This document shows, piece by piece, positions 19,482 to 28,823 of a stretch of 64,000 bases of DNA; the first letter of the stretch is position 1, and each line of letters opens with the position of its first letter. The notes under the pieces were generated by a model. It did not search any database and was not told the origin of the DNA. It saw only the letters and a list, made by a program, of their open reading frames with translations. Origin of the DNA: Minisyncoccota bacterium (GTDB lineage Bacteria > Patescibacteriota > Minisyncoccia > Phycocordibacterales > DAORIS01); NCBI GenBank assembly GCA_035438625.1, contig DAORIS010000001.1:56104-120103 (forward strand), read 5' to 3'. The translations under genes and the position numbers were made by a program.

Positions 19482-20325
19482 TAAACACGCGTTTACACTT
19501 TCTGAACTACTTGTTGTTATCGGAATCATCGGAATTCTTTTTGCGCTCGTCGTACCTGCACTTGGCATCGCACGACGACACGCACAAAGAACCAAATGTT
19601 TGAGTAATTTAAGGCAGATTGCTCAGGCCACGATGGTGTACGTAACAAATCATCGTAGACTTCCAGTTGGTTCGATGATGATCAATTGGCCAACAAATGA
19701 TCCGCCGACCACTGCACAGTTCGACGCCTTACCACTACCATTCTTCGAGAGTCTGCTCCAACAAACAACCACCTTGGATTTGAAAAAAATCCAACCCTGG
19801 TCCGAGGTGACGAAGAATGTCCACACTGCAAAGATCCTGCTCTGTCCGAACGACGAGCTGGAATCTAAGTCAGTAGATGAACAGGTGAGTCAGTTTGTGT
19901 ATGCATACACATCTTCCAGGCCTACACTCTTTGACTCACACAGGAAAAACGTAGTGAGTTACGAAGTTAATTATGGTCTGGTGAACACCACATCCAGAAC
20001 TGAACTCCAGGATAAGTGGTACAACGGTAACCCATCCAAAGTTAAGCGCCCTACATCCATGGTTCTCTGTGGAGAAGGAATGGGGATTGGTGAGTTTAAA
20101 CACACCTGGGTTCCTGATGTGCAATTTCCCGAAAAGAGTTTGACGTTTGCTGATGTATACAAAGGTAACGGAGTCATGCAGTATTCAGAACTCCGGACAA
20201 TAAATCCCTTTGATATGAAACGACATGGAGGCAAGAGTAATTTTGTCTTCCTGGACGGTCACGCTGAAACAGTGACTATTAACGAGAAGGATCTCTCACA
20301 GTATGATCTGCTTCAGGAAAGATGA
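19465..20325 (+). CDS. Prepilin-type N-terminal cleavage/methylation protein with H-X9-DG domain (DUF1559-like)
   Basis: AFTLSELLVVIGII...PAL..AR..A....C.SNLRQ and C-terminal RHGGKSNFVFLDGHAE. Confidence 0.9.
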   Translation: MKVRCNKHAFTLSELLVVIGIIGILFALVVPALGIARRHAQRTKCLSNLRQIAQATMVYVTNHRRLPVGSMMINWPTNDPPTTAQFDALPLPFFESLLQQTTTLDLKKIQPWSEVTKNVHTAKILLCPNDELESKSVDEQVSQFVYAYTSSRPTLFDSHRKNVVSYEVNYGLVNTTSRTELQDKWYNGNPSKVKRPTSMVLCGEGMGIGEFKHTWVPDVQFPEKSLTFADVYKGNGVMQYSELRTINPFDMKRHGGKSNFVFLDGHAETVTINEKDLSQYDLLQER

Positions 20326-20360
20326 CCACGTCAGTTCTTGTTTGTTCTTTTTTACAGCTT

Positions 20361-20398
20361 AGGCCCCAGACGCATATGCGCCCGGGGCTTTTCTTTTC
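20361..20398 (+). terminator. Intrinsic terminator
   Basis: GGCCCC..CGCA/TGCG..GGGGCT plus T-run. Confidence 0.7.
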
Positions 20399-20467
20399 TT
20401 GTAAACCCAATCTTTTTGCTAGTATATCGAACTGAAGATTTAGATGTATATGTAAAGGAGATAATAG

Positions 20468-20514
20468 AAAAAGACCCATACGCGATTGTGTCATAAACAC
20501 TTCGCATACGGGTC
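20468..20514 (-). terminator. Intrinsic terminator of the 20521-20811 gene
   Basis: Imperfect GACCC...GGGTC stem, T-run on the minus strand. Confidence 0.55.
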
Positions 20515-20520
20515 AATTTG

Positions 20521-20811
20521 TTAGTTGGATGCCGCGGTTGACATCCATGAGAAATCGGGCGGCACTTTAACGAACACCATTTCACCAGGAATTGTCGATC
20601 CATTAATTTCCTGGATCAGGTCAGTTACTTCTCCATCGGTAACCATGTTGTGTTGTCTTGCATCTCGCAATGCTGAGACAAACTCAGCCTTAGACCAACA
20701 TTCAATGGTGCAATTACGATTTCGAAAGCGAATCCACCCATGCAGACCACACGATTCACATATTTCCAGTCGAGCAGGGTACTTAGATTCACGATTGTCG
20801 TATCCTTCCAT
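20521..20811 (-). CDS. Orphan protein with CxxC and further Cys/His residues
   Basis: SD AAGGAG; upstream TTGACA and TATAAT boxes (about 20851-20878, minus); own terminator. Confidence 0.7.
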   Translation of the reverse strand: MEGYDNRESKYPARLEICESCGLHGWIRFRNRNCTIECWSKAEFVSALRDARQHNMVTDGEVTDLIQEINGSTIPGEMVFVKVPPDFSWMSTAASN

Positions 20812-20943
20812 TGGGATCTCCTTGTTGATTTTTTTGGTGCGATCTAAGTATATTATAGCATAATTAAGCAATTTGTCAAATATAATACAACATAAAATCT
20901 GTGGATTTTTAAAGTTCTTACATAATGCCGTACAATAGTGCAA

Positions 20944-22071
20944 ATGGCCCGTTCAGTAACAAAGGCAGTACAGAAGAAAGGAGCCGATAAAGGCTTGTTC
21001 TTTTTAGTTATCGGACTTGTTGTTGTTGGCTATATTATTTTCTTTTCTGCATCACTTGGACTCCTTGGGCGCGACGAAACAACCATTGGTGGCATCGCAC
21101 TGAAACAAGCAGTTGTGGGTATCCTCGGTGGGGCAGTAGCACTCTTTGTCTGTTCAATTATTCCCACAGACCACATTAGGAGGTTTTCGCCTTGGATATT
21201 CATCGGAGCGATTTTTGTAAACATGCTCATATTTATTCCTGGTATGTCTATTAGCGCTGGAGGTGCAACACGTTGGCTTGATTTGGGTTTTATCTCATTC
21301 CAGCCAGGAGAAATGCTCAAGTTTGCAGCTGTCTTGTTTTATGCAGCACTCCTTCGTCGTAACCGTGACGAAATGGATACATTTAAAGGAGGATTACTAC
21401 CACTCCTTGCAATTGGAGGCATTACAACCGGCATACTTCTTCTCCAGCGAGACACGGACCCAATTATTGGACTTGCACTAGTCCTCATGTTTTTCGTCTC
21501 AGGTGGTCGTTGGAAAGATCTTATAATCGTTGCACTAATCGCTTGTGTTGGTATTGGAGGATTGTTATATACCCGTCCGTATGTTTTGGATCGTGTAAAA
21601 ATATTTATTGACCCATCACAAGACTCACTTGGTTCCGGATACCAAGTACAGCAATCACTGATTGCCATTGGTAACGGAGGATTTTGGGGCCAAGGATTTG
21701 GCCAAAGCGTACAAAAGTTTAAATATCTTCCAGAGCCTGTCGGAGACTCGATATTTGCTGTTGCGGGAGAAGAATTTGGCTTTGCTGGGGCAGCATCCTT
21801 GGTAATTCTATATCTGGTACTTTCTGTTCGACTTTCAACACTTGCGTCACGCACAAGAGATGCTTTTGGAAGAGCTGTCATTATCGGCTTCTTAACCCTG
21901 ATTGTCGGCCAGTCATTTATGAATATTGGGGCTATGGTCAGCATTTTGCCACTAACCGGAGTACCACTTGCATTCATCAGCCACGGAGGAACAGCCCTTC
22001 TATTTGCTCTGGCTGAAATCGGCATTATATTAGGCATTTCTAAGGGGAAATCGTCGAGTTCTGCCGCATAG
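20944..22071 (+). CDS. ftsW: SEDS peptidoglycan polymerase FtsW
   Basis: GATRW, SFQPGE, GYQVQQSLIAIGNGG, LPEPVGDSIFA, PLTGVPLAFISHGGT. Confidence 0.92.
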   Translation: MARSVTKAVQKKGADKGLFFLVIGLVVVGYIIFFSASLGLLGRDETTIGGIALKQAVVGILGGAVALFVCSIIPTDHIRRFSPWIFIGAIFVNMLIFIPGMSISAGGATRWLDLGFISFQPGEMLKFAAVLFYAALLRRNRDEMDTFKGGLLPLLAIGGITTGILLLQRDTDPIIGLALVLMFFVSGGRWKDLIIVALIACVGIGGLLYTRPYVLDRVKIFIDPSQDSLGSGYQVQQSLIAIGNGGFWGQGFGQSVQKFKYLPEPVGDSIFAVAGEEFGFAGAASLVILYLVLSVRLSTLASRTRDAFGRAVIIGFLTLIVGQSFMNIGAMVSILPLTGVPLAFISHGGTALLFALAEIGIILGISKGKSSSSAA

Positions 22072-22094
22072 CGACTGGATGATATACTTGGCCA

Positions 22095-23225
22095 ATGAAA
22101 ATCGTTCTGACAGGAGGGGGAACTGGTGGCCACTTTTACCCACTGATTGCTGTAGCTGAAGAAGTGCAACGGATCGCCAAAGAAAAGAAACTCCTCACAC
22201 CTCAGTTGTACTTTATGTCGCCCCATCCATACGACGAGGGCATCCTCTATGAACACGGAATTCGGTTTATTAAAATTCCTGGCGGAAAAGTACGTCAGTA
22301 TTTCTCAATCAGAAACTTTTTTGATGTGTTTGTAACTGCATATGGTGTTATTAAGGCATTATGGGATATGTTGGTCCTGTATCCTGATGCGGTATTTTCA
22401 AAAGGTGGGTATGGTAGTTTTCCAACACTCATCGCTGCCCGCTTTTATCGCATTCCAATCATTGTCCATGAATCAGATACGGTTCCGGGAAAAGTGAACC
22501 TGTGGTCTGGAAAGATTGCATATCGAATTGCTGTTTCATATCCTGAAGCTGCACAATATTTTCCTAAAGATAAAGTTGCTGTGCTTGGAAACCCGGTTCG
22601 ACCATCTATCTCCATCGCATCAAAAGACACTGGAAAGGAGTATTTTGGCATCCCAGCCGCACGAAAGACTGTACTTGTCCTTGGAGGCTCACAAGGAGCA
22701 AAAATCATTAACGAAGCCATTCTAGAAGCTTTGCCTGATCTTGCAAAAGAGTATTCGGTCATCCACCAAACTGGTACGGCAAACTTTGAGGAAATTAAAA
22801 ACACTTCCTCTGTGGTCGTTTCGGATCCAAGTATTCTTGCAAACTATAAGCCATTTCCAAACCTCGACCCACTACACTTAAAAATGGCAGCGGGAGCAGC
22901 GGACGTGATCATCACTCGAGCAGGATCAACCCTCTTTGAAATTGCACTGTGGGAAACTCCAGCGATTGTCATTCCAATTACTAAATCAAATGGTGACCAC
23001 CAAAAGAAAAACGCTTTTGCGTATGCAAGAGCTGGCGCAGGATTAGTCATTGAAGAAAATAACTTAACTCCACACGTTCTCGTCTCAGAAGTTCGGAGAA
23101 TTGTTGAGACTCCTGCAATTTCAGACAGCATGAAAGCAGCAGCAAAAAGCTTTGCGAAGCCTGACGCTGCTGCAAAAGTTGCGGAAGCCTTGCTTGCTAT
23201 TGGTCTAACCCACGAAACAGAATAA
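22095..23225 (+). CDS. murG: Lipid I N-acetylglucosaminyltransferase
   Basis: GGGTGGH, KGGY, GNPVR, GGSQGA, HQKKNA. Confidence 0.95.
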   Translation: MKIVLTGGGTGGHFYPLIAVAEEVQRIAKEKKLLTPQLYFMSPHPYDEGILYEHGIRFIKIPGGKVRQYFSIRNFFDVFVTAYGVIKALWDMLVLYPDAVFSKGGYGSFPTLIAARFYRIPIIVHESDTVPGKVNLWSGKIAYRIAVSYPEAAQYFPKDKVAVLGNPVRPSISIASKDTGKEYFGIPAARKTVLVLGGSQGAKIINEAILEALPDLAKEYSVIHQTGTANFEEIKNTSSVVVSDPSILANYKPFPNLDPLHLKMAAGAADVIITRAGSTLFEIALWETPAIVIPITKSNGDHQKKNAFAYARAGAGLVIEENNLTPHVLVSEVRRIVETPAISDSMKAAAKSFAKPDAAAKVAEALLAIGLTHETE

Positions 23226-23226
23226 T

Positions 23227-24597
23227 ATGTCTGACACAAAAATAGTAACGAGGTTCGCACCAAGCCCCACAGGATTACTCCACGTGGGTTCGGTCCGTAC
23301 CATGCTCTTTAACTACCTCTATGCAAAAAAGCATGGGGGCAAGTTTATTCTTCGCATCGAAGACACTGACAAAGAACGCTCAAAAAAAGAACACGAGGAA
23401 TACATCTACGAGAGCATGAAATGGCTCAATATTGAAGCCGACGAGACATACGTACAATCAGAACGTACTGACATTTACATAAGCTATATTGATAAATTAA
23501 TTGCAGAAGGGAAGGCGTACACATCAAAAGAAAAAAACGAGGAAACAGGAGTTGAACGAGAATTGATCCGATTCAGAAACCCTAAAACAAAAGTCACCTT
23601 CAATGACATCATTCGAGGAGATATTTCATTTGAGACAGAAGAACTTGGAGATTTCATCATTGCTCGTACCCGAACAGAACCGTTGTATCACTTTGTAGTT
23701 GTAGTTGATGACTTTGAAATGGGCGTAACACACGTCATCCGTGGGGAAGACCATATATCAAACACTCCCCGACAAATCCTCATTCAAGAAGCAATCGGAG
23801 CACCTCGACCTGCATACGCTCACTTGCCACTCATTCTTGCTGAAGACCGGTCAAAGCTTTCGAAGCGAAAGCATGGGGAACTTGTTGCAACCCTGCACTA
23901 TCGTGACAATGGATACATTGCTGACGCCTTTGTTAACTTCCTCTGTTTACTTGGTTGGAACCCAGGAACAGACCAGGAACACTTCACCCGCGAAGACCTT
24001 ATTAACCAGTTTACACTCGAGCGCATTAACAAAGCAGGTGCAATTTTTGATGTCACAAAACTTCGCCACGTAAACAAAGAACACATGCTCAAACTGAATC
24101 CAGCTGTCCTTGAACACACACTTAGAAGTTGGATTGAGAAAGGCTCAATGGTCCGTGGCATGACTATTGCATCAGATCAGTACGGTCCAATTGCAGGAAT
24201 ACTTAAAGACCACATTTCAGTATTCGGAGATGTTGTTGAGGAATTCTCAAGCGGAGAATTCGACTTCTTACTTTCAGATGATGCCTCTCCTGCATATAAA
24301 CTCGACGTGGCTTCAATCCCATGGAAAAAATCTACACCTGAAAAAGCAATCGAACACCTTACGTTTGCTGAGAAATCTCTCGGTGAATTACCCGATAGAG
24401 CTTTTACTGCCGAGTACGTAAAATCATCACTCTGGCCGTATGCAGAAGAGCACGGAAAAGGAGATGTTCTCTGGCCAATCAGGTACAGTCTTTCCGGAAA
24501 ACAAAGTTCACCTGACCCCGTCACGCTAATCACGCTGCTTGGAAAAACAGAAGTCTTAAAAAGAATACGTAATGCAATTACAAAACTTGGAGCATAA
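23227..24597 (+). CDS. gltX: Glutamate--tRNA ligase
   Basis: RFAPSPTGLLHVG, RIEDTD, IRGEDH, KLSKR. Confidence 0.96.
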   Translation: MSDTKIVTRFAPSPTGLLHVGSVRTMLFNYLYAKKHGGKFILRIEDTDKERSKKEHEEYIYESMKWLNIEADETYVQSERTDIYISYIDKLIAEGKAYTSKEKNEETGVERELIRFRNPKTKVTFNDIIRGDISFETEELGDFIIARTRTEPLYHFVVVVDDFEMGVTHVIRGEDHISNTPRQILIQEAIGAPRPAYAHLPLILAEDRSKLSKRKHGELVATLHYRDNGYIADAFVNFLCLLGWNPGTDQEHFTREDLINQFTLERINKAGAIFDVTKLRHVNKEHMLKLNPAVLEHTLRSWIEKGSMVRGMTIASDQYGPIAGILKDHISVFGDVVEEFSSGEFDFLLSDDASPAYKLDVASIPWKKSTPEKAIEHLTFAEKSLGELPDRAFTAEYVKSSLWPYAEEHGKGDVLWPIRYSLSGKQSSPDPVTLITLLGKTEVLKRIRNAITKLGA

Positions 24598-25912
24598 AAA
24601 GGCGCTTTCAACTCTTTTAGTAACAGCAATCTTTGTTGGTCTTTTTTGTGTTGCACACGTATTTCTTGCGGAAACTTCGCACGCACAAACTGCAGTTGAT
24701 CAAGCGAAAGTGAAAGAGCTGGAGCGAGAGATCAAGGCACGTAACGAAGCACTTGCTGAACTTGAAGAGGAAATTAGTAAGTATCAAGGACAACTTACCG
24801 AAACATCACAGCGTGCTCGCACACTACAAAATACGGTTAACGAGCTTAATGCGTCAATCAATAAACTAACCAAAGAAACTCAAAAGACTCTTACAAATAT
24901 CGACAAGACAAACTTAACGATTGAGAAGTTAACAATTGATATCAAGACCAAGGAGCAGATTATCGGCGAACACAGACGGGCGCTCCGAGACATTATTTTC
25001 CAGTCGAGCCAACAGCAGTCTCAGTCGTTAATGGAGACAATACTTAAAGATACATCACTTGCTGCAGCATTTCAGGCAATTGATACAGGTCGCCAAGTAC
25101 AAAACTCTATTCAACAAAACCTTGACCTAATTTATGATACAAAGCGATCACTTGAAGGATCGGTAAATGAGAAGGAGAGTGAGAAAGTATCTCTTCAAAA
25201 ATATAAAGATCAACTACTCGACCAGCGCAAACTTGCCGAATCAAGCAAGGGTGAAAAAAGCAAAGTCCTCTCACAAACAAAAAGTGAAGAGAGCGAGTAT
25301 CAACGTCTCTTGAACCAAAAGATTGCAGCGAGAAAAGCATTCGAATCAGAACTCGCACAACTTGAAGCTGCGCTGAAAATTGCAATTGACCCAGCAAGTA
25401 TTCCTCAAAACGGAGACAAGGTACTCTCATGGCCAGTTGCCTCTGTTCGCATTACACAGCAGTTCGGAGACACTGAATTTTCTCGAAGTAACCCATTTGT
25501 ATATAGTGGACGAGGTCACAACGGTATCGACTTAGCCGCAAGTATCGGTACACCAATTAAGTCAGCTGCTGCTGGTACTGTTATTGGAACAGGAGACACG
25601 GACACAGCGTGTCCTGGAGGATCGTATGGAAAATGGGTGATGATCGAACACTCAAGTGGTCTTTCAACCCTCTACGCTCACTTATCTATGATTAAAGTTG
25701 CCCCCGGACAAGCGGTTTCAAACGGCGGACTGATTGGATACTCTGGTAACACTGGATACTCAACCGGTCCACACCTACACTTCACCGTATACGCTTCACA
25801 AGGTGTAAAGATCCAGTCACGTCCATCAACTGCCTGCGGAGGAAAGGTGTATACAATGCCGATTGCTGACCTTAAGGCATACCTCAACCCACTTCTGTAT
25901 ATCAATCAATAA
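24572..25912 (+). CDS. Coiled-coil plus M23 peptidoglycan endopeptidase (EnvC-like)
   Basis: Signal peptide, long coiled coil, HNGID and GPHLH motifs. Confidence 0.9.
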   Translation: MQLQNLEHKKALSTLLVTAIFVGLFCVAHVFLAETSHAQTAVDQAKVKELEREIKARNEALAELEEEISKYQGQLTETSQRARTLQNTVNELNASINKLTKETQKTLTNIDKTNLTIEKLTIDIKTKEQIIGEHRRALRDIIFQSSQQQSQSLMETILKDTSLAAAFQAIDTGRQVQNSIQQNLDLIYDTKRSLEGSVNEKESEKVSLQKYKDQLLDQRKLAESSKGEKSKVLSQTKSEESEYQRLLNQKIAARKAFESELAQLEAALKIAIDPASIPQNGDKVLSWPVASVRITQQFGDTEFSRSNPFVYSGRGHNGIDLAASIGTPIKSAAAGTVIGTGDTDTACPGGSYGKWVMIEHSSGLSTLYAHLSMIKVAPGQAVSNGGLIGYSGNTGYSTGPHLHFTVYASQGVKIQSRPSTACGGKVYTMPIADLKAYLNPLLYINQ

Positions 25913-25915
25913 CGT

Positions 25916-26077
25916 ATGATCAAAACTGTATTTTCACTCATCGTCTTAATGGCAGTCCTACAGTTATATTTTAATATTGATGTAATCGCGTATGCAGAAC
26001 ATGGACTTGCAACAGCGAGAGCAAAAGCTCCTGGAGTAATTGAAGACATACAAGCGTCATGGCCATTTACACGTTAA
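25916..26077 (+). CDS. Small membrane protein (53 aa, below the ORF-track cutoff)
   Basis: MIKTVFSLIVLMAVLQLYFNIDVIAYAEHG...WPFTR; starts 3 nt after the upstream stop. Confidence 0.55.
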   Translation: MIKTVFSLIVLMAVLQLYFNIDVIAYAEHGLATARAKAPGVIEDIQASWPFTR

Positions 26078-27480
26078 CGAAGGCCGCGAGAATATTTACA
26101 TCCGCGACAACAATAACAGCACTACTATGGCACACCGTAATGCCATGTTCACTTCATGCTGCAATAAATATAAAAAAGTATGAACACATGCGTGAGTTCA
26201 TCGAACAAGGACAAGGCACAGGTGAGTACGCAACATTTGAAGTTCCTTCATCAGTCTTATCATCGATAGATTCTCTTGCTGAAATTACTGTTGTCTCAAA
26301 ATCTGACACGGTTCCACTGCCCCTCTCGTTTGAGCAGGGAAGTGTGAAGAAAAGTAGAAACCAAGTATATGCACGCGATACGTTTTCAACTGATGGAAAA
26401 ATCGTCCACATGGTCCCCGCAGGATCATTTCCAAAGGGGAAACTGATGGAATTAGTGTTTGGAGATAAGACACAAGTGAGTGGAACTGTGTCAATTTTCT
26501 ATACAAACGCAAATGCTGGAATGGACTTTAGCTTCTGGCAAATAGTTGCAAAAGATATTCCTGTGTATTCAAGCGCAAATTACCGAGACATTATCCGCAT
26601 GCAAAATACGATTGATGTAGATAAGTTAATGACAGCAGCAAGAATTTATCGTGGGGAAGACGCATTCGTATACGATCCACAGTACATGATTGTATTTAAA
26701 ACTGGTCCAGTATCTCCTGAGCCGACTTCCCTGGTATTATTTTCAATTCCGAAAGGGGACAACATTGGACTCCTCTACCGGTATGCATATGAAGAAGAAC
26801 GGAATGATACTGAAAAAACATACATCATTGATTTCAACCAAGCGGGTGTTATGCATGATGGAATCGAACTTACCGTCCGTGACCGAACATACGCGTCATA
26901 TGTAAAGCTCTACACAAGCTCTGATAAGAATGCTTGGACTCTTCGTGAAACAGATTCAATCTGGGGCGACCCGACTGCAGCCACAGGAACCTCAAAAGAA
27001 AAGAATCGGGTTTCATACACACCAACCCCTGATAGATACATCAAGTTGGAACTTGATTCGAGTGTACAAATTCATTCATTAGTAGGTATCAGTCACGCAC
27101 CGGTCCACGCTTTTGTGAAGCTCAAAAATGACCCACAAGCCTTTTCAGGAACTTCAACTGATACATCTACCGCTCGCAAAATATACCAACCGTCGAACCT
27201 TCGCATGTATTACAGTGTTCCAGATATATATAAGATGGATGAGACAAAGATAAAGGTTTTGGACTCTGGAACAATCGTACGTACAGGTGCAATCGAATTA
27301 ACAATTGGTCCTGAAACAAAAAATCCTGAATTCAATGATACGTTTTCAATAAGTGCAACTCGAGGCTCAGGAGAGAGGGTAAGGGAAGTTATTAATGTAT
27401 ACGGACAACTGATTGCATCATCAATCGCAGCACTGGGAGTTTTAACTATTGTATTAATGATTATTCGAAGCAAGTCATAA
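26059..27480 (+). CDS. Exported protein with C-terminal membrane anchor (DUF3999-like architecture)
   Basis: N-terminal signal-like segment, beta-rich body, KNPEF then TM and RSKS. Confidence 0.65.
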   Translation: MAIYTLTKAARIFTSATTITALLWHTVMPCSLHAAINIKKYEHMREFIEQGQGTGEYATFEVPSSVLSSIDSLAEITVVSKSDTVPLPLSFEQGSVKKSRNQVYARDTFSTDGKIVHMVPAGSFPKGKLMELVFGDKTQVSGTVSIFYTNANAGMDFSFWQIVAKDIPVYSSANYRDIIRMQNTIDVDKLMTAARIYRGEDAFVYDPQYMIVFKTGPVSPEPTSLVLFSIPKGDNIGLLYRYAYEEERNDTEKTYIIDFNQAGVMHDGIELTVRDRTYASYVKLYTSSDKNAWTLRETDSIWGDPTAATGTSKEKNRVSYTPTPDRYIKLELDSSVQIHSLVGISHAPVHAFVKLKNDPQAFSGTSTDTSTARKIYQPSNLRMYYSVPDIYKMDETKIKVLDSGTIVRTGAIELTIGPETKNPEFNDTFSISATRGSGERVREVINVYGQLIASSIAALGVLTIVLMIIRSKS

Positions 27481-27613
27481 CCTCGGCTAGCCCAAGGCAT
27501 AGGTCGTAAAAGATATATTGTGCGACACTCTCATACCACTTCCCCAGGGCATCAAAAAGTTATCCACAGTTGAGATTTTTTACACCTCTCTACTCTACTT
27601 AGTAATTACAGAT

Positions 27614-27812
27614 AAAAATATCGCGCGAATTTTCTCGCGCGATACTGACATCCATTTCTATTGAGCAGAGGACGGGTCGGCATCCATGCCTAGACTAGGA
27701 TCACCTCCCTTCTACGAGGTTATCAGGGAAGCCTCGTACGACATGGTCCGGTAAATAAGTGGCATTTGCATAAGCCCACCAACCTTCCTGCTTACCAAGC
27801 AAAGGAACTTGC
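27614..27812 (-). ncRNA. Candidate structured RNA with 17-nt complementarity to a canonical 16S rRNA 3' end
   Basis: Plus-strand GGATCACCTCCCTTCTA at 27698-27714; several hairpins; minus-oriented terminator at 27614-27644; only 9-10 aa ORFs noticed on the minus strand. Confidence 0.5.
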
Positions 27813-27814
27813 AC

Positions 27815-27846
27815 AGAAAACCCCCCGAACGTTCGGGGGGTTTTCT
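27815..27846. terminator. Bidirectional intrinsic terminator
   Basis: Perfect 32-bp palindrome AGAAAACCCCCCGAAC|GTTCGGGGGGTTTTCT between convergent genes. Confidence 0.85.
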
Positions 27847-27878
27847 TGATGCTTACATGTGATCAGTATACTGCGAGA

Positions 27879-28388
27879 TTATCGCTTTGACCAACATGGC
27901 TTGGAAGCACTCCAAGGCTGGGAACCACTCTTCTTATATAGGTACTCAGCGTAGGCTAGGTTACCTTCAAGAGTAAGGAGGTCGAGTCCGAGCTTTTCAG
28001 CGGTCTTCTTATGGTATCGCTCGTTAATCTGCATAACTCCTACGTCAGCTGAGTCAACCTTTCCACGAAGCACCTTACCGCTACTATCATAGTGACGGAG
28101 AGTTGATTCACAGAATGCGATCTCGGCAAGAATAGGTGTTGCGGCGAAATACGCCTTAACAGTTTGTGCAATATCTTCTGACTGCTTTTGCTTCTTGTTA
28201 GAAGTTAAAGCGTCTGAAGTATTTGGAGCGTCAGATGTAAGTAGGCTTTCAGTAGTAGCAATAAGGACAGTATCGGCAGCAGTAGCAGGATTTGATAGTG
28301 CAAGTGTCACGTCCATTGGACCCTGCGCGTTAATAGCAGGAGCAACGGCGATAACGAGCACTGATGCGAACTTTGCAAGTGATGTCAT
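27879..28388 (-). CDS. Secreted lysozyme-like/lytic transglycosylase protein
   Basis: Signal peptide; IAFCES (catalytic Glu), GVMQIN, QPWSASKPCW. Confidence 0.8.
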   Translation of the reverse strand: MTSLAKFASVLVIAVAPAINAQGPMDVTLALSNPATAADTVLIATTESLLTSDAPNTSDALTSNKKQKQSEDIAQTVKAYFAATPILAEIAFCESTLRHYDSSGKVLRGKVDSADVGVMQINERYHKKTAEKLGLDLLTLEGNLAYAEYLYKKSGSQPWSASKPCWSKR

Positions 28389-28546
28389 AAAAAAACCAGT
28401 TGAGCAACTTACGAAGTCACTTAACTGATTAGGTACTAATTATAGCATTTTTATACGCCATTTGTCAAGTACTTAAATCGATTTTAAGGGTGACCAACAC
28501 AATAAAAATGCCTCAACTGAGCCATTTTAAACCGAAGTCGGTTGAC

Positions 28547-28792
28547 TCATTCCGGGAGGTATTTTGTAATTTTTAGGTCAAAAGATAGCCAAATTTTGCT
28601 TAGTCGTGGAAAACGAGAAAGACTGGCGTTTATTTTGTTCTTTAGGACAGGAATTACGTGCGCAATGAGATACACACCGACAACAAGAAGGACAACTCCT
28701 GGAATAACTGGAAGTAAGAGACCTAAAGCACCAACTGAACACAATACAACCCCTGAAGAGAATACTGCTGTTCGTTTGATTTTAACCTTCAC
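28547..28792 (-). CDS. Small membrane protein (DUF454/PGPGW-like)
   Basis: GALGLLLPVIPGVVLL hairpin-TM motif. Confidence 0.65.
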   Translation of the reverse strand: MKVKIKRTAVFSSGVVLCSVGALGLLLPVIPGVVLLVVGVYLIAHVIPVLKNKINASLSRFPRLSKIWLSFDLKITKYLPE

Positions 28793-28823
28793 CTTTCTAT
28801 TATACCTTTTTATTTACCACAAC

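Noticed and set aside
21339-22256. 305-aa antisense ORF over ftsW/murG, and similar shadow ORFs over lysS, mreB and murA
   Set aside because: Antisense shadows of well-supported genes, with no motifs or expression signals.
27560-27568. Perfect DnaA box TTATCCACA near a switch in gene orientation
   Set aside because: A single box with no cluster and no dnaA/dnaN nearby; insufficient for oriC.
27698-27714. Possible 16S rRNA gene fragment
   Set aside because: Flanking sequence lacks helix 45 (GGTAGCCGTA...GCGG) and any other rRNA similarity.
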